The notes below the pieces were generated by a model. The model did not search any database and had not been told where the DNA came from. It worked only from the letters and a program-made list of their open reading frames with translations. From contig JANNVX010000041.1 of the NCBI GenBank assembly GCA_031414595.1, forward strand, positions 108,782 to 172,781: a stretch of 64,000 nucleotides of DNA. Reading direction: 5' to 3'. Each line of letters begins with the position of its first letter. The stretch's first letter is position 1. The position numbers were made by a program, and so were the translations under genes. Shown here piece after piece: positions 1 to 9,812 of this stretch. This DNA is from Deinococcales bacterium. Lineage in GTDB: Bacteria > Deinococcota > Deinococci > Deinococcales > JAAFIG01.

Positions 1-141
1 CTCGAGCGGATTGCTCTCTGCCCAACCGTTCTGAGGTGCAATGACTGCATAGCTTCTCGAGGCTTGACCCAGCACCACCCAATCAGCACTTAAAAGCAGC
101 GCCTTACAAGAACCCGTGCCAAGGTCAAGTCCTAGAAGCAT
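1..141 (-). CDS. FGGY-family carbohydrate kinase (xylulokinase-like), 5' part only, runs off the window
   Basis: Manual translation from the ATG at 141 gives MLLGLDLGTGSCKALLLSADWVVLGQASRSYAVIAPQNGWAESNPLE. GLDLGT..K and P..GWAE are FGGY N-terminal motifs. It follows the sugar ABC genes on the same strand. Confidence 0.85.
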   Translation of the reverse strand, partial: MLLGLDLGTGSCKALLLSADWVVLGQASRSYAVIAPQNGWAESNPLE

Positions 142-182
142 AAAAACAGAAAAAGAAAAACCCTAATGAATTATTTTTCAGT

Positions 183-244
183 GGGCAAGGCTTCTTGCCC
201 ATAAACGCGCACCTAACGGGCATGGTCGCATGCCTTGCCCCTAC
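183..244 (-). repeat. GTAG-type REP hairpin interrupted by a 38-nt mini-element (192-229)
   Basis: GGGCAAGGC|38-nt insert|ATGCCTTGCCCCTAC. Removing the insert restores a hairpin like the empty REP at 265-288. Confidence 0.85.
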
Positions 245-264
245 GGTTTAGAACAGCTTTTACC

Positions 265-288
265 GTAGGGGTGAGGCATGCCTCACCC
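265..288 (+). repeat. GTAG-type REP hairpin (empty), inverted partner of 183-244
   Basis: GTAGGGGTGAGGCATGCCTCACCC. Confidence 0.85.
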
Positions 289-366
289 TTTGCGGTCAAT
301 GATGATTCATTCCCAAATCGGGAAATTGATTTTAGATAAATCATAAACCTTCCTTTTTCCCTAGCA

Positions 367-1149
367 TCATGCTAGTACCTCATTTGGAATATCTTCGACT
401 TTCATTGCCCCTGTCATAATCGCAACCGTGTCGGACATGCTGATTTTCTTGGGATTAACCACGGCGGCGCGTTTACCAAGGCGTTGGACATGAATTCGGT
501 CGGCGATTTCAAAAACGTGTGGCATGTTGTGGCTAATGATAATCACAGGTAAACCACTTTCACGCACTCGGCGGATTAAATCGAGTACCATATTGCCTTC
601 TTTGACCCCTAAAGCGGCAGTTGGTTCGTCCATAATCACCACATGGCGGGCAAAGGCAGCACTGCGAGCCACAGCCACACCTTGACGCTGCCCACCAGAT
701 AAGGTCTCGACCGCTTGGCTCATGCTGCGAATACCTATTTTTAAGCCAGCCATGTGATTGGTGGCTTCTTCTAACATTTTTTTGTGGTCAATCACCCGAA
801 AGAGTTTTGCTAAGAAGCCCGGGCGCAGAATTTCGCGTCCTAAAAATAAGTTCTCGGCTATCGTCATGGCGGGGGCAACCGCTAGGTCTTGATAAACCGT
901 TTCGATGCCGTGCTGCCGTGCATCTATTGGGCTACGGAATTTGACGGGTTTACCATCGAGCATTATCTCGCCAGAATCGGGAATGGTTGCGCCAGACAGG
1001 GCTTTAATTAAACTGCTTTTGCCCGCGCCATTATCACCAATCACAGCCAGGATTTCACCGGCTCGCAGTAAAAAATCTGTGCCATCCAAGGCGGTCACTT
1101 GTCCGTAACGTTTGACCAGATTTTTAGCTTCAAAAATCGTCTCTGTCAT
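367..1149 (-). CDS. frcA: Sugar ABC transporter ATP-binding protein, single domain (FrcA-like)
   Basis: Walker A GDNGAGKS, LSGGQRQ signature, MDEPTAALG, SHN. Start placed at MTETIF (1149) just after the permease stop; the longer ORF overlaps the permease. Confidence 0.85.
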   Translation of the reverse strand: MTETIFEAKNLVKRYGQVTALDGTDFLLRAGEILAVIGDNGAGKSSLIKALSGATIPDSGEIMLDGKPVKFRSPIDARQHGIETVYQDLAVAPAMTIAENLFLGREILRPGFLAKLFRVIDHKKMLEEATNHMAGLKIGIRSMSQAVETLSGGQRQGVAVARSAAFARHVVIMDEPTAALGVKEGNMVLDLIRRVRESGLPVIIISHNMPHVFEIADRIHVQRLGKRAAVVNPKKISMSDTVAIMTGAMKVEDIPNEVLA

Positions 1150-1151
1150 AC

Positions 1152-2150
1152 TCACCTCGAGTTCTTGCCTTTTGAAAGTTGGTCTACCGCCACAGCCACA
1201 ATCACCAGTACACCAGTAATCAGAATTTGTACCTCGGAACGTGCGCCCATCAGGGTTAAGCCACTGCGAAAAACCCCACTGATTAACGCCCCAACAATTG
1301 TACCAATCAGTAAACCGCGCCCACCGAACAGGCTTGTGCCGCCAAGTACCACTGCCGTTATCGAGTCTAAATTCTCGGTCTGTCCTGCGTTGGGGTTGCC
1401 AATGCCGTATCTCGAGACCGATAACCAACCCGCAATGCCGTAAATCAGTCCAGCCAAGGTATAAACCATCAGTAAGACCCGTTGGGTTGGAATGCCAGTC
1501 AAACGAGCCGCTTCTGGGTTGTTGCCAACCGCGTACAAGTGTCTACCGGGGGCGGTGTTACTTAAAGCCCATGAAATAGCAGTGAATAAAAAAAGTGTTA
1601 AGGCAATGCCCGTGCCGTAGCCAATGGTGATACCACCAATTGCAATATCTTGTTTGAACCACAATAAAATCGAAGATTCATCACTGACCGTAATGGTTTG
1701 GGCTTGGGTGTAAATTTGGGTGATCGCAAAAGCGATATTCAGTGTGCCAAGCGTGACAATAAACGGTGGAAGTTTTAAGGTTGTGACCAGTAAGCCATTC
1801 AAGAAACCAAAGCCAGTGCTGACGGTTAAGCCAATCAGTAAACTAACAGGGGCTGGCAAACCAAAATCGGCGGCGAGTTTGGTCATTAACATTGTACTGA
1901 GCGCCATCACCATACCGCAAGATAAATCAATCCCACCGGTTAGAATAATCAGGGTTTGTCCAATTGCCAGCACCGCCACAACCATGACCTGCGAGATGAT
2001 TAAAGCGCCATTATTGGGGGTGAGAAAATTAGGATGTTGGGTTGCGAAAAATCCAATCGATAAGAACAGTGCCAAAATTGGACCAAGTACCGAAATACTC
2101 GGTAGTTTCTCGAGCCAATTGTTTTTATTTTGTGTGCCTTGGTTTGTCAT
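1152..2150 (-). CDS. frcC: Sugar ABC transporter permease (RbsC/FrcC-like)
   Basis: GGIDLS, LPPFIVTLG, GR.LYAVG.N.EAARL.G and LGGTSLFGGRG motifs; multi-TM. Confidence 0.85.
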   Translation of the reverse strand: MTNQGTQNKNNWLEKLPSISVLGPILALFLSIGFFATQHPNFLTPNNGALIISQVMVVAVLAIGQTLIILTGGIDLSCGMVMALSTMLMTKLAADFGLPAPVSLLIGLTVSTGFGFLNGLLVTTLKLPPFIVTLGTLNIAFAITQIYTQAQTITVSDESSILLWFKQDIAIGGITIGYGTGIALTLFLFTAISWALSNTAPGRHLYAVGNNPEAARLTGIPTQRVLLMVYTLAGLIYGIAGWLSVSRYGIGNPNAGQTENLDSITAVVLGGTSLFGGRGLLIGTIVGALISGVFRSGLTLMGARSEVQILITGVLVIVAVAVDQLSKGKNSR

Positions 2151-2212
2151 ATTCACCCTGACTTTACTCTTTTTGGAGTGATTGAATCGCACTCGATGCT
2201 CGAGTGATTGAG

Positions 2213-2238
2213 AAGAGGGCGCGAATTTGCGCCCTCTT
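2213..2238. terminator. Intergenic hairpin between the binding-protein and permease genes
   Basis: AAGAGGGCGC-GAATTT-GCGCCCTCTT, 10-bp perfect stem. Confidence 0.55.
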
Positions 2239-2346
2239 TTGTGCTTGGAGGAGTGGGAAACCCGTCACCCCTCGAGACGGATTTCCCAGATATGAAGTCG
2301 TTTTCCTCGAGCCTCATAGCCCATAGCTCAAGACTCAAAGCTCTTC

Positions 2347-3336
2347 TTAGTTGCCCCAGCAGTTGGCAAGTCCGAATGCGACATTCTTGCTACCAATACC
2401 GACCAAAGCACGCTTGGCAATTAAGGTCACGCCAGTGTCCACATAGCCCTTGGCTTTGACACCAGTCTTGGCGTATTTGACACCCGCAGCCACACCCAAA
2501 GCAGCCATTTTCAGTGGGTATTGTTGGCTGGTTGCCACAATCACGTTCTTGTCTACGTTACGAACGCCTTCACAGCCACCGTCTACGCTAAAAATAGCGG
2601 CGGTTTTCTTGGCAGCTTTAAGGGCTTGGAATGCACCTGCGGCGGCTGGTTCGTTGATCGTGTAAACCACGTTAATGTCTGGGTTTTTCTGCAAGCAGTT
2701 TTCCATGGCGGTTTGACCTTTGGCTTGGTCGCCGAAGGTATCTTGGCTGCATACAACTTGGGCAGTGGTGGCAAGGTCTGCTGTGTCTGCGTCTATGTTA
2801 TCTGCGCCTAAACCAGCCAAAAAGCCGTTGTGACGAGCAATCCCAACTGGATGACCAGGGAAAAGGTCGAGCATCGCAATTTTAAGGGTTTTGCCTTTGA
2901 GTTGGGCGGCGGCGTATTCACCAATCAGAACGCCAGCCTTAAAGTTGTCGGTAGCATAGAGTGCGTCTACGGCATCGGCTGGTTCGGTTGGGCTGTCAAG
3001 CGCAATCACTTGAACACCAGCCGCTTGGGCTTTTTTGATGGCTGGAACGATTGCCTTAGAATCTGATGGGGTAATCAGAATAGTTTGTGCGCCAGCCGCT
3101 ACAAAGTTCTCAATCGCAGCCACTTGCCCAGCGTTGTCACCGTCTTGCTTACCGGCAGCACTTAAGAATTTTGCACCCAAACGAGCCGCTTCTTTTGAAG
3201 CACCTTCTTTCATTTTGACAAAAAACGGGTTGGATTCGGTTTTGGTGATTAAACCAATGATTGGTGACTTGCCTTGGGCAAGTGCCAATGCCAAGGTGCT
3301 TACGCCAAGGGCAGCTAACAGAGCAATTTTACGCAT
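2347..3336 (-). CDS. frcB: Sugar ABC transporter substrate-binding protein (FrcB-like)
   Basis: Signal peptide; LITKTESNPFFVKMKEGA, VYTINEPAAAGA, SVDGGCEG and SQQYPLKMA are typical of FrcB. Confidence 0.85.
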   Translation of the reverse strand: MRKIALLAALGVSTLALALAQGKSPIIGLITKTESNPFFVKMKEGASKEAARLGAKFLSAAGKQDGDNAGQVAAIENFVAAGAQTILITPSDSKAIVPAIKKAQAAGVQVIALDSPTEPADAVDALYATDNFKAGVLIGEYAAAQLKGKTLKIAMLDLFPGHPVGIARHNGFLAGLGADNIDADTADLATTAQVVCSQDTFGDQAKGQTAMENCLQKNPDINVVYTINEPAAAGAFQALKAAKKTAAIFSVDGGCEGVRNVDKNVIVATSQQYPLKMAALGVAAGVKYAKTGVKAKGYVDTGVTLIAKRALVGIGSKNVAFGLANCWGN

Positions 3337-3412
3337 GGTGGTTCTCCTATTTTGAAAGAGGGCGAATGACCGAAAATCTGACGGATAATTGAACGCCTAA
3401 ATTACTCGTTCG

Positions 3413-4432
3413 TTAAGAAAGCACTTGGATGGGCGGTGGAGCGGTGCTAAAGCGTTGAATAAAGTTGGTGGCTAAACGAATCTGAATCGGTTTTTGGGTT
3501 CTGCCACGCTCGAGTCGGTCAAGTAAGGTTTCGCAGGCAAGGTAAGCCAATTCGTAAGCTGGTTGGGCGACCACGGTAATACTGGGTTGTAAGAGTTTTG
3601 CCCAACGTGAATCGTCAAAACCAACAATGCTTAGGTCGGCAGGGATAACCAGTCCTAAATCTCTGGCGGCAAAAATTGCCCCAATCGTCATTTCGTTGTT
3701 TCCGACAAACAGGGCGGTTGGGCGTTCACCTTCGGGTCTCGAGAGCAGATTATGGGTAGCTAAGCGTCCACCGTCTTCACGATGATTGCCAGTTTGTACG
3801 AGGTCGTCACGGTACGTGATACCCGCTTCGGCGAGGGCTTCTTTATACCCAGTATGGCGCTCGACGGCGGTAGATATATCAAGGCTACCTGCAATCATGC
3901 CAATCCGTTTGTGTCCAAGGCTGGTCAGGTGTTGCACGGCGGTTCTCGAGCCGCCAATGTTATCTACCATGATTGTGTGTGCGCCTTTCAGTCCACTGGC
4001 ACGGTCAAGTTCGATAACTGGCAAGTTGCCAATTAAACCTAAGTTTTCTTGTGCGCCAGCCGTTGGCATGATAATTAAACCTTGTGGCATGTGGCTGCGT
4101 AGACTCTCTAGGGCTTTGCGTTCTTTATCCGAGTCTTCGTCGGTGTTAAACATAAAGACGGTATAATCGCGTTTGGCAGCCGCATCTTGAACCCCTTTGG
4201 CGAGCATCGCGTTACCGGGGTTCAGCACATCGGAGATGATTAGACCAATGCTCTGGCTTTGTCCGCGCCGCAGCGCACTGGCTAACTGATTGGGCTGGTA
4301 GCCAAGTTGATTGGCAATCTCGAGAACCCGTTCGCGGGTTTTGGTGTTGACCAAATCCGGACGGGTAAACGCCCTCGAGACGGTGGCTCGAGAAACTTGG
4401 GCGAGATTGGCTACTTGGTCTACATCAATCAT
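3413..4432 (-). CDS. LacI-family transcriptional regulator
   Basis: HTH VANLAQVSRATVSRA, LGYQPN..A..L, DLSIVGFDD. ATG at 4432 has an AAGGA RBS. Confidence 0.9.
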   Translation of the reverse strand: MIDVDQVANLAQVSRATVSRAFTRPDLVNTKTRERVLEIANQLGYQPNQLASALRRGQSQSIGLIISDVLNPGNAMLAKGVQDAAAKRDYTVFMFNTDEDSDKERKALESLRSHMPQGLIIMPTAGAQENLGLIGNLPVIELDRASGLKGAHTIMVDNIGGSRTAVQHLTSLGHKRIGMIAGSLDISTAVERHTGYKEALAEAGITYRDDLVQTGNHREDGGRLATHNLLSRPEGERPTALFVGNNEMTIGAIFAARDLGLVIPADLSIVGFDDSRWAKLLQPSITVVAQPAYELAYLACETLLDRLERGRTQKPIQIRLATNFIQRFSTAPPPIQVLS

Positions 4433-4444
4433 TATGGTGTCCTT

Positions 4445-4574
4445 TTGCAATCGAATGCAGTTATCTCGAGGCGAAAAGTAGACATAGAAGGCTTTTTTTG
4501 CCTAAATTTATACTTTTTCGACTTTGTATTGCAATCGTTTGCAAAGTATACGCAGTTTGCAAGACGGTTTGCAA
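4445..4574. promoter_or_regulatory. Three LacI-type palindromic operators
   Basis: TTGCAATCGAATGCAG (4445-4460), TTGCAATCGTTTGCAA (4529-4544), TTGCAAGACGGTTTGCAA (4557-4574); central CG typical of LacI-family sites. Confidence 0.7.
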
Positions 4575-4650
4575 GTATCTTGGAATACATAAGGTTAAGG
4601 ACACAAACCCAAAGAACTCGTAGTCTCGAGAAACACGCTAGAATCAGACC

Positions 4651-6255
4651 ATGCACCTATTATCAACCAATCCTTACGCCAGTCACCGTCACTCGAGTTA
4701 CGGCACATATGGCGCGGTTGCCACCAGCCAAGCGCTGGCGGCTCAGGCTGGGCTGCAAATACTGCGGGCTGGAGGAAACGCGGTAGATGCGGCGATTGCC
4801 ACTGCCGCTTGCCTAACGGTGGTTGAACCCACCAGCAATGGTATCGGCGGCGATGCCTTTGCCCTTGTTTGGGATGGCACAAAACTGCATGGTTTGAACG
4901 CTTCGGGACGCTCTCCACAGAATCTTTCAAAAACACTGCTCGAGGGGCAAGGACACAGCACCATGCCACAACAAGGCTGGCTCAGTGTGACTGTACCAGG
5001 AGTACCCGCCGCTTGGCGAGATTTACACCAGAAATTTGGACGCTTACCGTTTGAAGAACTGCTCGAGCCAGCTATTTTCTATGCCGAGCATGGGTTTGTG
5101 GTTTCAAGTACCGTCGCCAGATTCTGGGCGTATGCTGCCCAAAAATATGCACTGCTCGAGGGGCAAGAATTTAAGCCTTGGCTCGATACCTTTACAAGAG
5201 ATTCACGTAGCCCACAAGCGGGTGAAAAGTTCTTAATGCCAGACCATGCCAGAACTTTGCGCCGAATCGCCCAAACTTACAGCCAAGATTTTTATACAGG
5301 CAGCCTCGCCCAACAAATCGAAGATTTTGCAGCCCAGACTGGCGGGGTCATCACCCAAGCCGATTTACGCGCCCACAGCAACACTTGGGTTGACCCAATC
5401 GGCACCAATTATCGGGGCTATGATGTTTGGGAAATCCCACCCAACGGACAAGGGATTGCCACTTTAAGCGCCCTCAATATCCTTGAAGGTTTTGATTTGT
5501 CGCGTCTGGCTCGAGACAGCGTGGAAAGTTATCATTTACAACTCGAAGCCATGAAACTCGGGTTTTCCGATGCCTTAGCCTATGTTGCCGACCCGACTCG
5601 AGTGAGTGTCCCTACGGCTGGGCTGCTGGATAAAGCCTATGCTGCCGAGCGCCGAGCCCTGATTGGTGAAATGGCATTGCTGCCTAGCCCCGGACAACCA
5701 CCCAAAGGCGGCACGGTCTACTTATGCACTGCCGATTCAGACGGGATGATGGTCAGTTATATCCAAAGTAATTACGCTGGTTTTGGCAGTGGGATTGTGA
5801 TTCCAAATACGGGTATTGCCCTGCAAAACCGAGGCGCAAATTTTAATCTCGAGACCAACCACCCAAACTGTTTTGAACCAAATAAACGCCCCTACCACAC
5901 GATTATTCCAGCTTTTCTAAGTAAAGATAACCAAGCCATCGGCGCTTTTGGGGTGATGGGCGGATTTATGCAGCCGCAAGGACACCTGCAAATGATTGTC
6001 AACACCATAGATTACAACTTGCATCCACAAGCAGCCCTAGACGCACCACGTTGGCAATGGACGGAACAAAAAAACATTGAACTCGAGATGCAGACCCCAC
6101 AACATCTTGCCCAAGCACTACGCGCCAAAGGACATAATGTACACCTTCAACTCGAGAGTGGCAGTTTTGGACGCGGACAGATTGTTTGGAAAATTGGCGA
6201 TGCCCTGATAGCAGGGACAGAATCCAGATGTGACGGTGCAGCCTTGGTGTACTGA
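4651..6255 (+). CDS. ggt: Gamma-glutamyltransferase family protein (YwrD/HpxW-like)
   Basis: GGNAVDAAIA, VEPTSNGIGGD, GG|TVYL autoprocessing Thr, KRPYHTIIP, GVMGGFMQPQGH. Confidence 0.88.
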   Translation: MHLLSTNPYASHRHSSYGTYGAVATSQALAAQAGLQILRAGGNAVDAAIATAACLTVVEPTSNGIGGDAFALVWDGTKLHGLNASGRSPQNLSKTLLEGQGHSTMPQQGWLSVTVPGVPAAWRDLHQKFGRLPFEELLEPAIFYAEHGFVVSSTVARFWAYAAQKYALLEGQEFKPWLDTFTRDSRSPQAGEKFLMPDHARTLRRIAQTYSQDFYTGSLAQQIEDFAAQTGGVITQADLRAHSNTWVDPIGTNYRGYDVWEIPPNGQGIATLSALNILEGFDLSRLARDSVESYHLQLEAMKLGFSDALAYVADPTRVSVPTAGLLDKAYAAERRALIGEMALLPSPGQPPKGGTVYLCTADSDGMMVSYIQSNYAGFGSGIVIPNTGIALQNRGANFNLETNHPNCFEPNKRPYHTIIPAFLSKDNQAIGAFGVMGGFMQPQGHLQMIVNTIDYNLHPQAALDAPRWQWTEQKNIELEMQTPQHLAQALRAKGHNVHLQLESGSFGRGQIVWKIGDALIAGTESRCDGAALVY

Positions 6256-6256
6256 T

Positions 6257-7579
6257 TTACTTCCTAAATTTTAGGGCATTGACTTTAGCCCCAATGCAAC
6301 GCCCTTGCTCGAGACCCTGTTCAATGGCGGCTCGGAAATGAATTCCACCATACAGCCTCGAGATGCCAGCTTCGTTAGCCGCTTCGGTAAACGACTTATA
6401 ACTGCGTGGCTCGAGTCCGTTATCTGAACCTGTGCGGTCGGTGAAAGCATATTTCTCGCCAAAAAAAGTGGTCAGGACACTGGCGGCGGCACTGCTTTGG
6501 GTGCTGTGACCACTCGGGTATTCTGGGAATGGTGGAATCAGCAAAATGGTTTCAAAGGTCGAGTCTATGTGCCGACGAATATAGGTACTGGGACGCAATA
6601 AATTGTAAATATACTTGGTGTGCCAGCAACCAATAAAGGCATCATTGACCGCCAGTCCAACGCGGGCTTGGAGTTCGGCAAACTGCTCTAAGCCAAGGTT
6701 TTTATCAAGCGCCAGATTTAGGGCAATGCTAATCCAATGTCCGGGCGGGGTGATGGTTAGCATCGGGTCGTCAGACCAAAATCGGGCAATTTTCTTCTGC
6801 TCAGGACTGATATTTTTGACGGTGTTGTAAACTTCTAATGCCTCTTTATAGAACGCCGAATCTTTTTCGCTCGAGTAGGTGGGAGGGGCTGGGAGGGGGC
6901 AGTCATTACCAGTTTTCATGACCAATGGGCGGTTATTACCCCAAGCTGGCAAAAGTGGGGTTTGCTGCATCCCAAGGGCTGCGGTTGGGACCCATTGTTC
7001 TGGCTTGGTGGCTTTAGGATAAGTGAGCGGGAAACCCAAGTTGCTGATGGTTGCCCCACCGTCTGTTTTGGCAAACTCGAGGATTTGTTGGGCTGCCAAA
7101 CGCCCATAATTCAGGCTGCGCTCGAGAACATCTTGAGGCATAGATTTTGCCAAATCTTGGGCAATACGGTTTTTAACAATTGTCAGCACCCGTTGCCCGG
7201 TCGGACCAGTATTGCCGTACAAAGCCTCCATACTGCTCGAGAATGCCCCGTGCAGAACAGCCGCGTTGTTGTACTTTTGTTTTGGGTCTGGTTTGGTAAT
7301 CCCGCGAAATCCTTGAACTTGCCCCTCGAGTGAACGCAGGGTTTTACTGTTTACAGCAACCAATTCGTGCATCGTTAAACCGACATAAGCAAAGGTACGG
7401 GCAGCCACTGGTGGCGAGTAAGTCGCAGTGTGACGGGTTAAATCAAGCATCAGGGTGTACCATTGGGTTGCCACACGCATCTCGAGCGGCAAACTGGGGG
7501 TGTTATTCTGAGCGCCAGAATGACCTAAGAAAGCCAAACTCGAGCCAAACAGCACAAGAAGTGCAAACTTTGTTTTCAT
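6257..7579 (-). CDS. Secreted vanadium-dependent haloperoxidase / PAP2-superfamily protein
   Basis: WHTKY...LRP, PPFPEYPSGH and SRLYGGIHF vanadate/phosphate-binding motifs; signal peptide from MKTKF (7579). Confidence 0.8.
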   Translation of the reverse strand: MKTKFALLVLFGSSLAFLGHSGAQNNTPSLPLEMRVATQWYTLMLDLTRHTATYSPPVAARTFAYVGLTMHELVAVNSKTLRSLEGQVQGFRGITKPDPKQKYNNAAVLHGAFSSSMEALYGNTGPTGQRVLTIVKNRIAQDLAKSMPQDVLERSLNYGRLAAQQILEFAKTDGGATISNLGFPLTYPKATKPEQWVPTAALGMQQTPLLPAWGNNRPLVMKTGNDCPLPAPPTYSSEKDSAFYKEALEVYNTVKNISPEQKKIARFWSDDPMLTITPPGHWISIALNLALDKNLGLEQFAELQARVGLAVNDAFIGCWHTKYIYNLLRPSTYIRRHIDSTFETILLIPPFPEYPSGHSTQSSAAASVLTTFFGEKYAFTDRTGSDNGLEPRSYKSFTEAANEAGISRLYGGIHFRAAIEQGLEQGRCIGAKVNALKFRK

Positions 7580-7604
7580 GTATTTTTTGTACCATAAATT
7601 ACAC

Positions 7605-8420
7605 TTAATTTGATGTTGATTTTTGAAGTAGTATCGCCAGATGTCGCACCCAGATTTTCTCCCAGAGGGCTGGGCTTTGCGGTAACTCGAGCTTAAAAAC
7701 TTGGAGCAGTACATCGTTGTAGTCAGCTAGACCCTCTAAGGTGCGTTCGGTTTTGCCTGATTTACTCAGCGTTGTTAGCACCGCCCCACGCAGCGTGTAC
7801 AAGGCTTCTCGAGTCATGCGCTGGCAAACGGTGGTACGGACAAAACCACTTTCTGGATTGGTTTGTAAGTCGGTGCAGCGCTCGGCAAAGTAATCTAAAG
7901 TCCTTGGCTCGAGGCTAAAAATAAAACCAGCCGTATTACTTTGTGGCGGGTTGTGCATTGTCCAATGAGGTTGTGAATAACCCATGCGGTACTCGAGAAA
8001 ACCTGTTTGGTATGTGCCTTCTTGTAAAGGCAGCGCTTCTATTGCCCCATCGCCAAAGCCAACATCAGCTAAGTATGTTCCTTCTTCGAGTTTGACCAGT
8101 AAAATCATGTGGTCGCCATCTGGTGTTTGTCCGTTGGGGCGCAGTACACCACTTGATAAACACTGCACCTCAAAGCCTATTTCGCGTAGCACCCATGCAA
8201 AAAGCGTGTTCATTTCAAAGCACCAACCGCCACGCTGCTCGAGAACAATTTTTTGGTAGGCTTGGGCTAATCCTAGTGGCAGTTTGCGTCCTAAGTGAAT
8301 GTCCAGATTCTCGTAGGGGATGGTGTTTAGGTGCGCTTCTTGGAGGGCATTGAGTACCGCCAGCGTGGGTTCTCGTGCGCCGTGGTACTCAATCCGTTGT
8401 AAGTAAGTCTCGAGTTGCAT
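7605..8420 (-). CDS. Arylamine N-acetyltransferase
   Basis: YLQRI, IPYENLD, RGGWCFE (catalytic Cys), DHM, YLADVGFG; TAGAAT 7 nt before the ATG. Confidence 0.9.
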   Translation of the reverse strand: MQLETYLQRIEYHGAREPTLAVLNALQEAHLNTIPYENLDIHLGRKLPLGLAQAYQKIVLEQRGGWCFEMNTLFAWVLREIGFEVQCLSSGVLRPNGQTPDGDHMILLVKLEEGTYLADVGFGDGAIEALPLQEGTYQTGFLEYRMGYSQPHWTMHNPPQSNTAGFIFSLEPRTLDYFAERCTDLQTNPESGFVRTTVCQRMTREALYTLRGAVLTTLSKSGKTERTLEGLADYNDVLLQVFKLELPQSPALWEKIWVRHLAILLQKSTSN

Positions 8421-8516
8421 GGTCTGTATTCTAAACAAAAGTTCTTCTGGCATTGCTAAGAATAAATTACTTCCTTTTGGGACACATGACAGCCCAATGC
8501 TTGTTACGATTTTTTC

Positions 8517-9536
8517 ATGCTAAGGTTACTTTTTTGGTTGCCGGCATTCTTACTCTCAAGCAATGCCGAAGCCCATGTCAAATGGTTTCATCAAGGAGAA
8601 CGACCGCCCTTTGATTGGCTGGCGGTTTTTTCGATGCCCAGCCTGATTTTTATTGTGGCGGTTGGTCTTACGGTGCTTGGTTTGTGGTTTTGGCAAGGCG
8701 CTCGAGGTGGAGCGGGTTTTATCCCTAACCTTGCGTGGTTTGGGGCGATTCCAGAACGACGCATGGCGTTGTACGGCTTAATTCCAGCCATTCTGGCAGT
8801 GCATTTTGCCGTGCCGCTTTTTGTTGCAAGTGTGCAGGGGAATTTATTTGCACCCGCCTTAAAACTACCGGGCGCTTGGGCGTATTTTATTGGTTTACTG
8901 CAAGCAGGCGTGGCACTGGCGCTTTTCTATGGTGGCTTCACTCGAGCCGCAGCCGTGGTATTGGCTTGGCTGTGGTTAGTGGGTATTGCTTTTGTTGGAC
9001 TCGAGGCAAGCCTAGATAATGCCCATGTGCTTGGTTTTGCGGTCTTTTTCTATTTGGCTGGGCGTGGTCCGATTGCGATTGACCGACTGATTTTAACCCG
9101 TTTTGAACCAACCCCAAACCTGATGCGTCATGCTGTGACCGCCCTAAGAATTGGGGTCGGGCTGGGTTTAATTGCTGCCGCCTTTACCGAAAAACTGGGC
9201 AATCCAATGCTGGCGCTTTCTTTTCTCGAGCAGCAACCCTTAAATTTTACAGCCGCCCTTGGTTTGCCAATTCCCAACGAACTTTTTTTGCGTTTTGCTG
9301 GCAGTGTCGAATTGTTGGTGGGCTTGTGTTTGGTCGCCAATGTCTTTACCCGTGAAATCATTGTGATTGCGTGGATTCCCCTAAATTTAACTTTAACGAT
9401 TTTTGATTGGAATGAATTGGTCGGGCATTTACCGATTTATGGGGCAATGGCGGTGCTGTTAATCTGGGAAAACTCGAGTCAGAATACCGAATTATGGTTG
9501 CGCGGACTGCGGGAAGGTCCTTTGCCGATTAAGTGA
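8517..9536 (+). CDS. DoxX-like multi-pass membrane protein
   Basis: AHVKWF after a signal-like segment, LRIGVG..LI..AFTEKL.NP, ELVGHLP; about 9 hydrophobic segments. Confidence 0.6.
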   Translation: MLRLLFWLPAFLLSSNAEAHVKWFHQGERPPFDWLAVFSMPSLIFIVAVGLTVLGLWFWQGARGGAGFIPNLAWFGAIPERRMALYGLIPAILAVHFAVPLFVASVQGNLFAPALKLPGAWAYFIGLLQAGVALALFYGGFTRAAAVVLAWLWLVGIAFVGLEASLDNAHVLGFAVFFYLAGRGPIAIDRLILTRFEPTPNLMRHAVTALRIGVGLGLIAAAFTEKLGNPMLALSFLEQQPLNFTAALGLPIPNELFLRFAGSVELLVGLCLVANVFTREIIVIAWIPLNLTLTIFDWNELVGHLPIYGAMAVLLIWENSSQNTELWLRGLREGPLPIK

Positions 9537-9584
9537 GCTATGAGCTTGAGGGTTAAACGGTTAAAGGGTGAAAAGGTTAAAGTT

Positions 9585-9752
9585 TTTCGCCTTTCGCCTT
9601 TCGCCTTTCGCCTTTCGCCTTTCGCCTTTCGCCTTTCGCCTTTTGCCTTTTGCCTTTTGCCTTTTGCCTTTTGCCTTTTGCCTTTTGCCTTTTGCCTTTT
9701 GCCTTTTGCCTTTTGCCTTTTGCCTTTTGCCTTTTGCCTTTTGCCTTTCGCC
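9585..9752 (+). repeat. Heptamer tandem array (TTTCGCC)8(TTTTGCC)15(TTTCGCC)1
   Basis: Read directly: 24 units, 168 bp, intergenic. Confidence 0.97.
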
Positions 9753-9812
9753 TTCCCTCTAAGCCATTTGATTTATTTGCAAAATGAAACTATTTTAGTT
9801 TAGAATAATCGC

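Noticed and set aside
367-1428. Long N-terminal extensions in the ORF track (frcA from 1428; also 7714, 29823, 29968, 38361, 53447)
   Set aside because: They overlap neighbouring genes or promoters; downstream starts have an RBS or -10 box and fit family lengths.
9540-9803. ORFs 9540-9803 and 9568-9762 (FAFRLSP/FAFCLLP repeats)
   Set aside because: They are translations of the stop-free heptamer array, with no RBS or domain.
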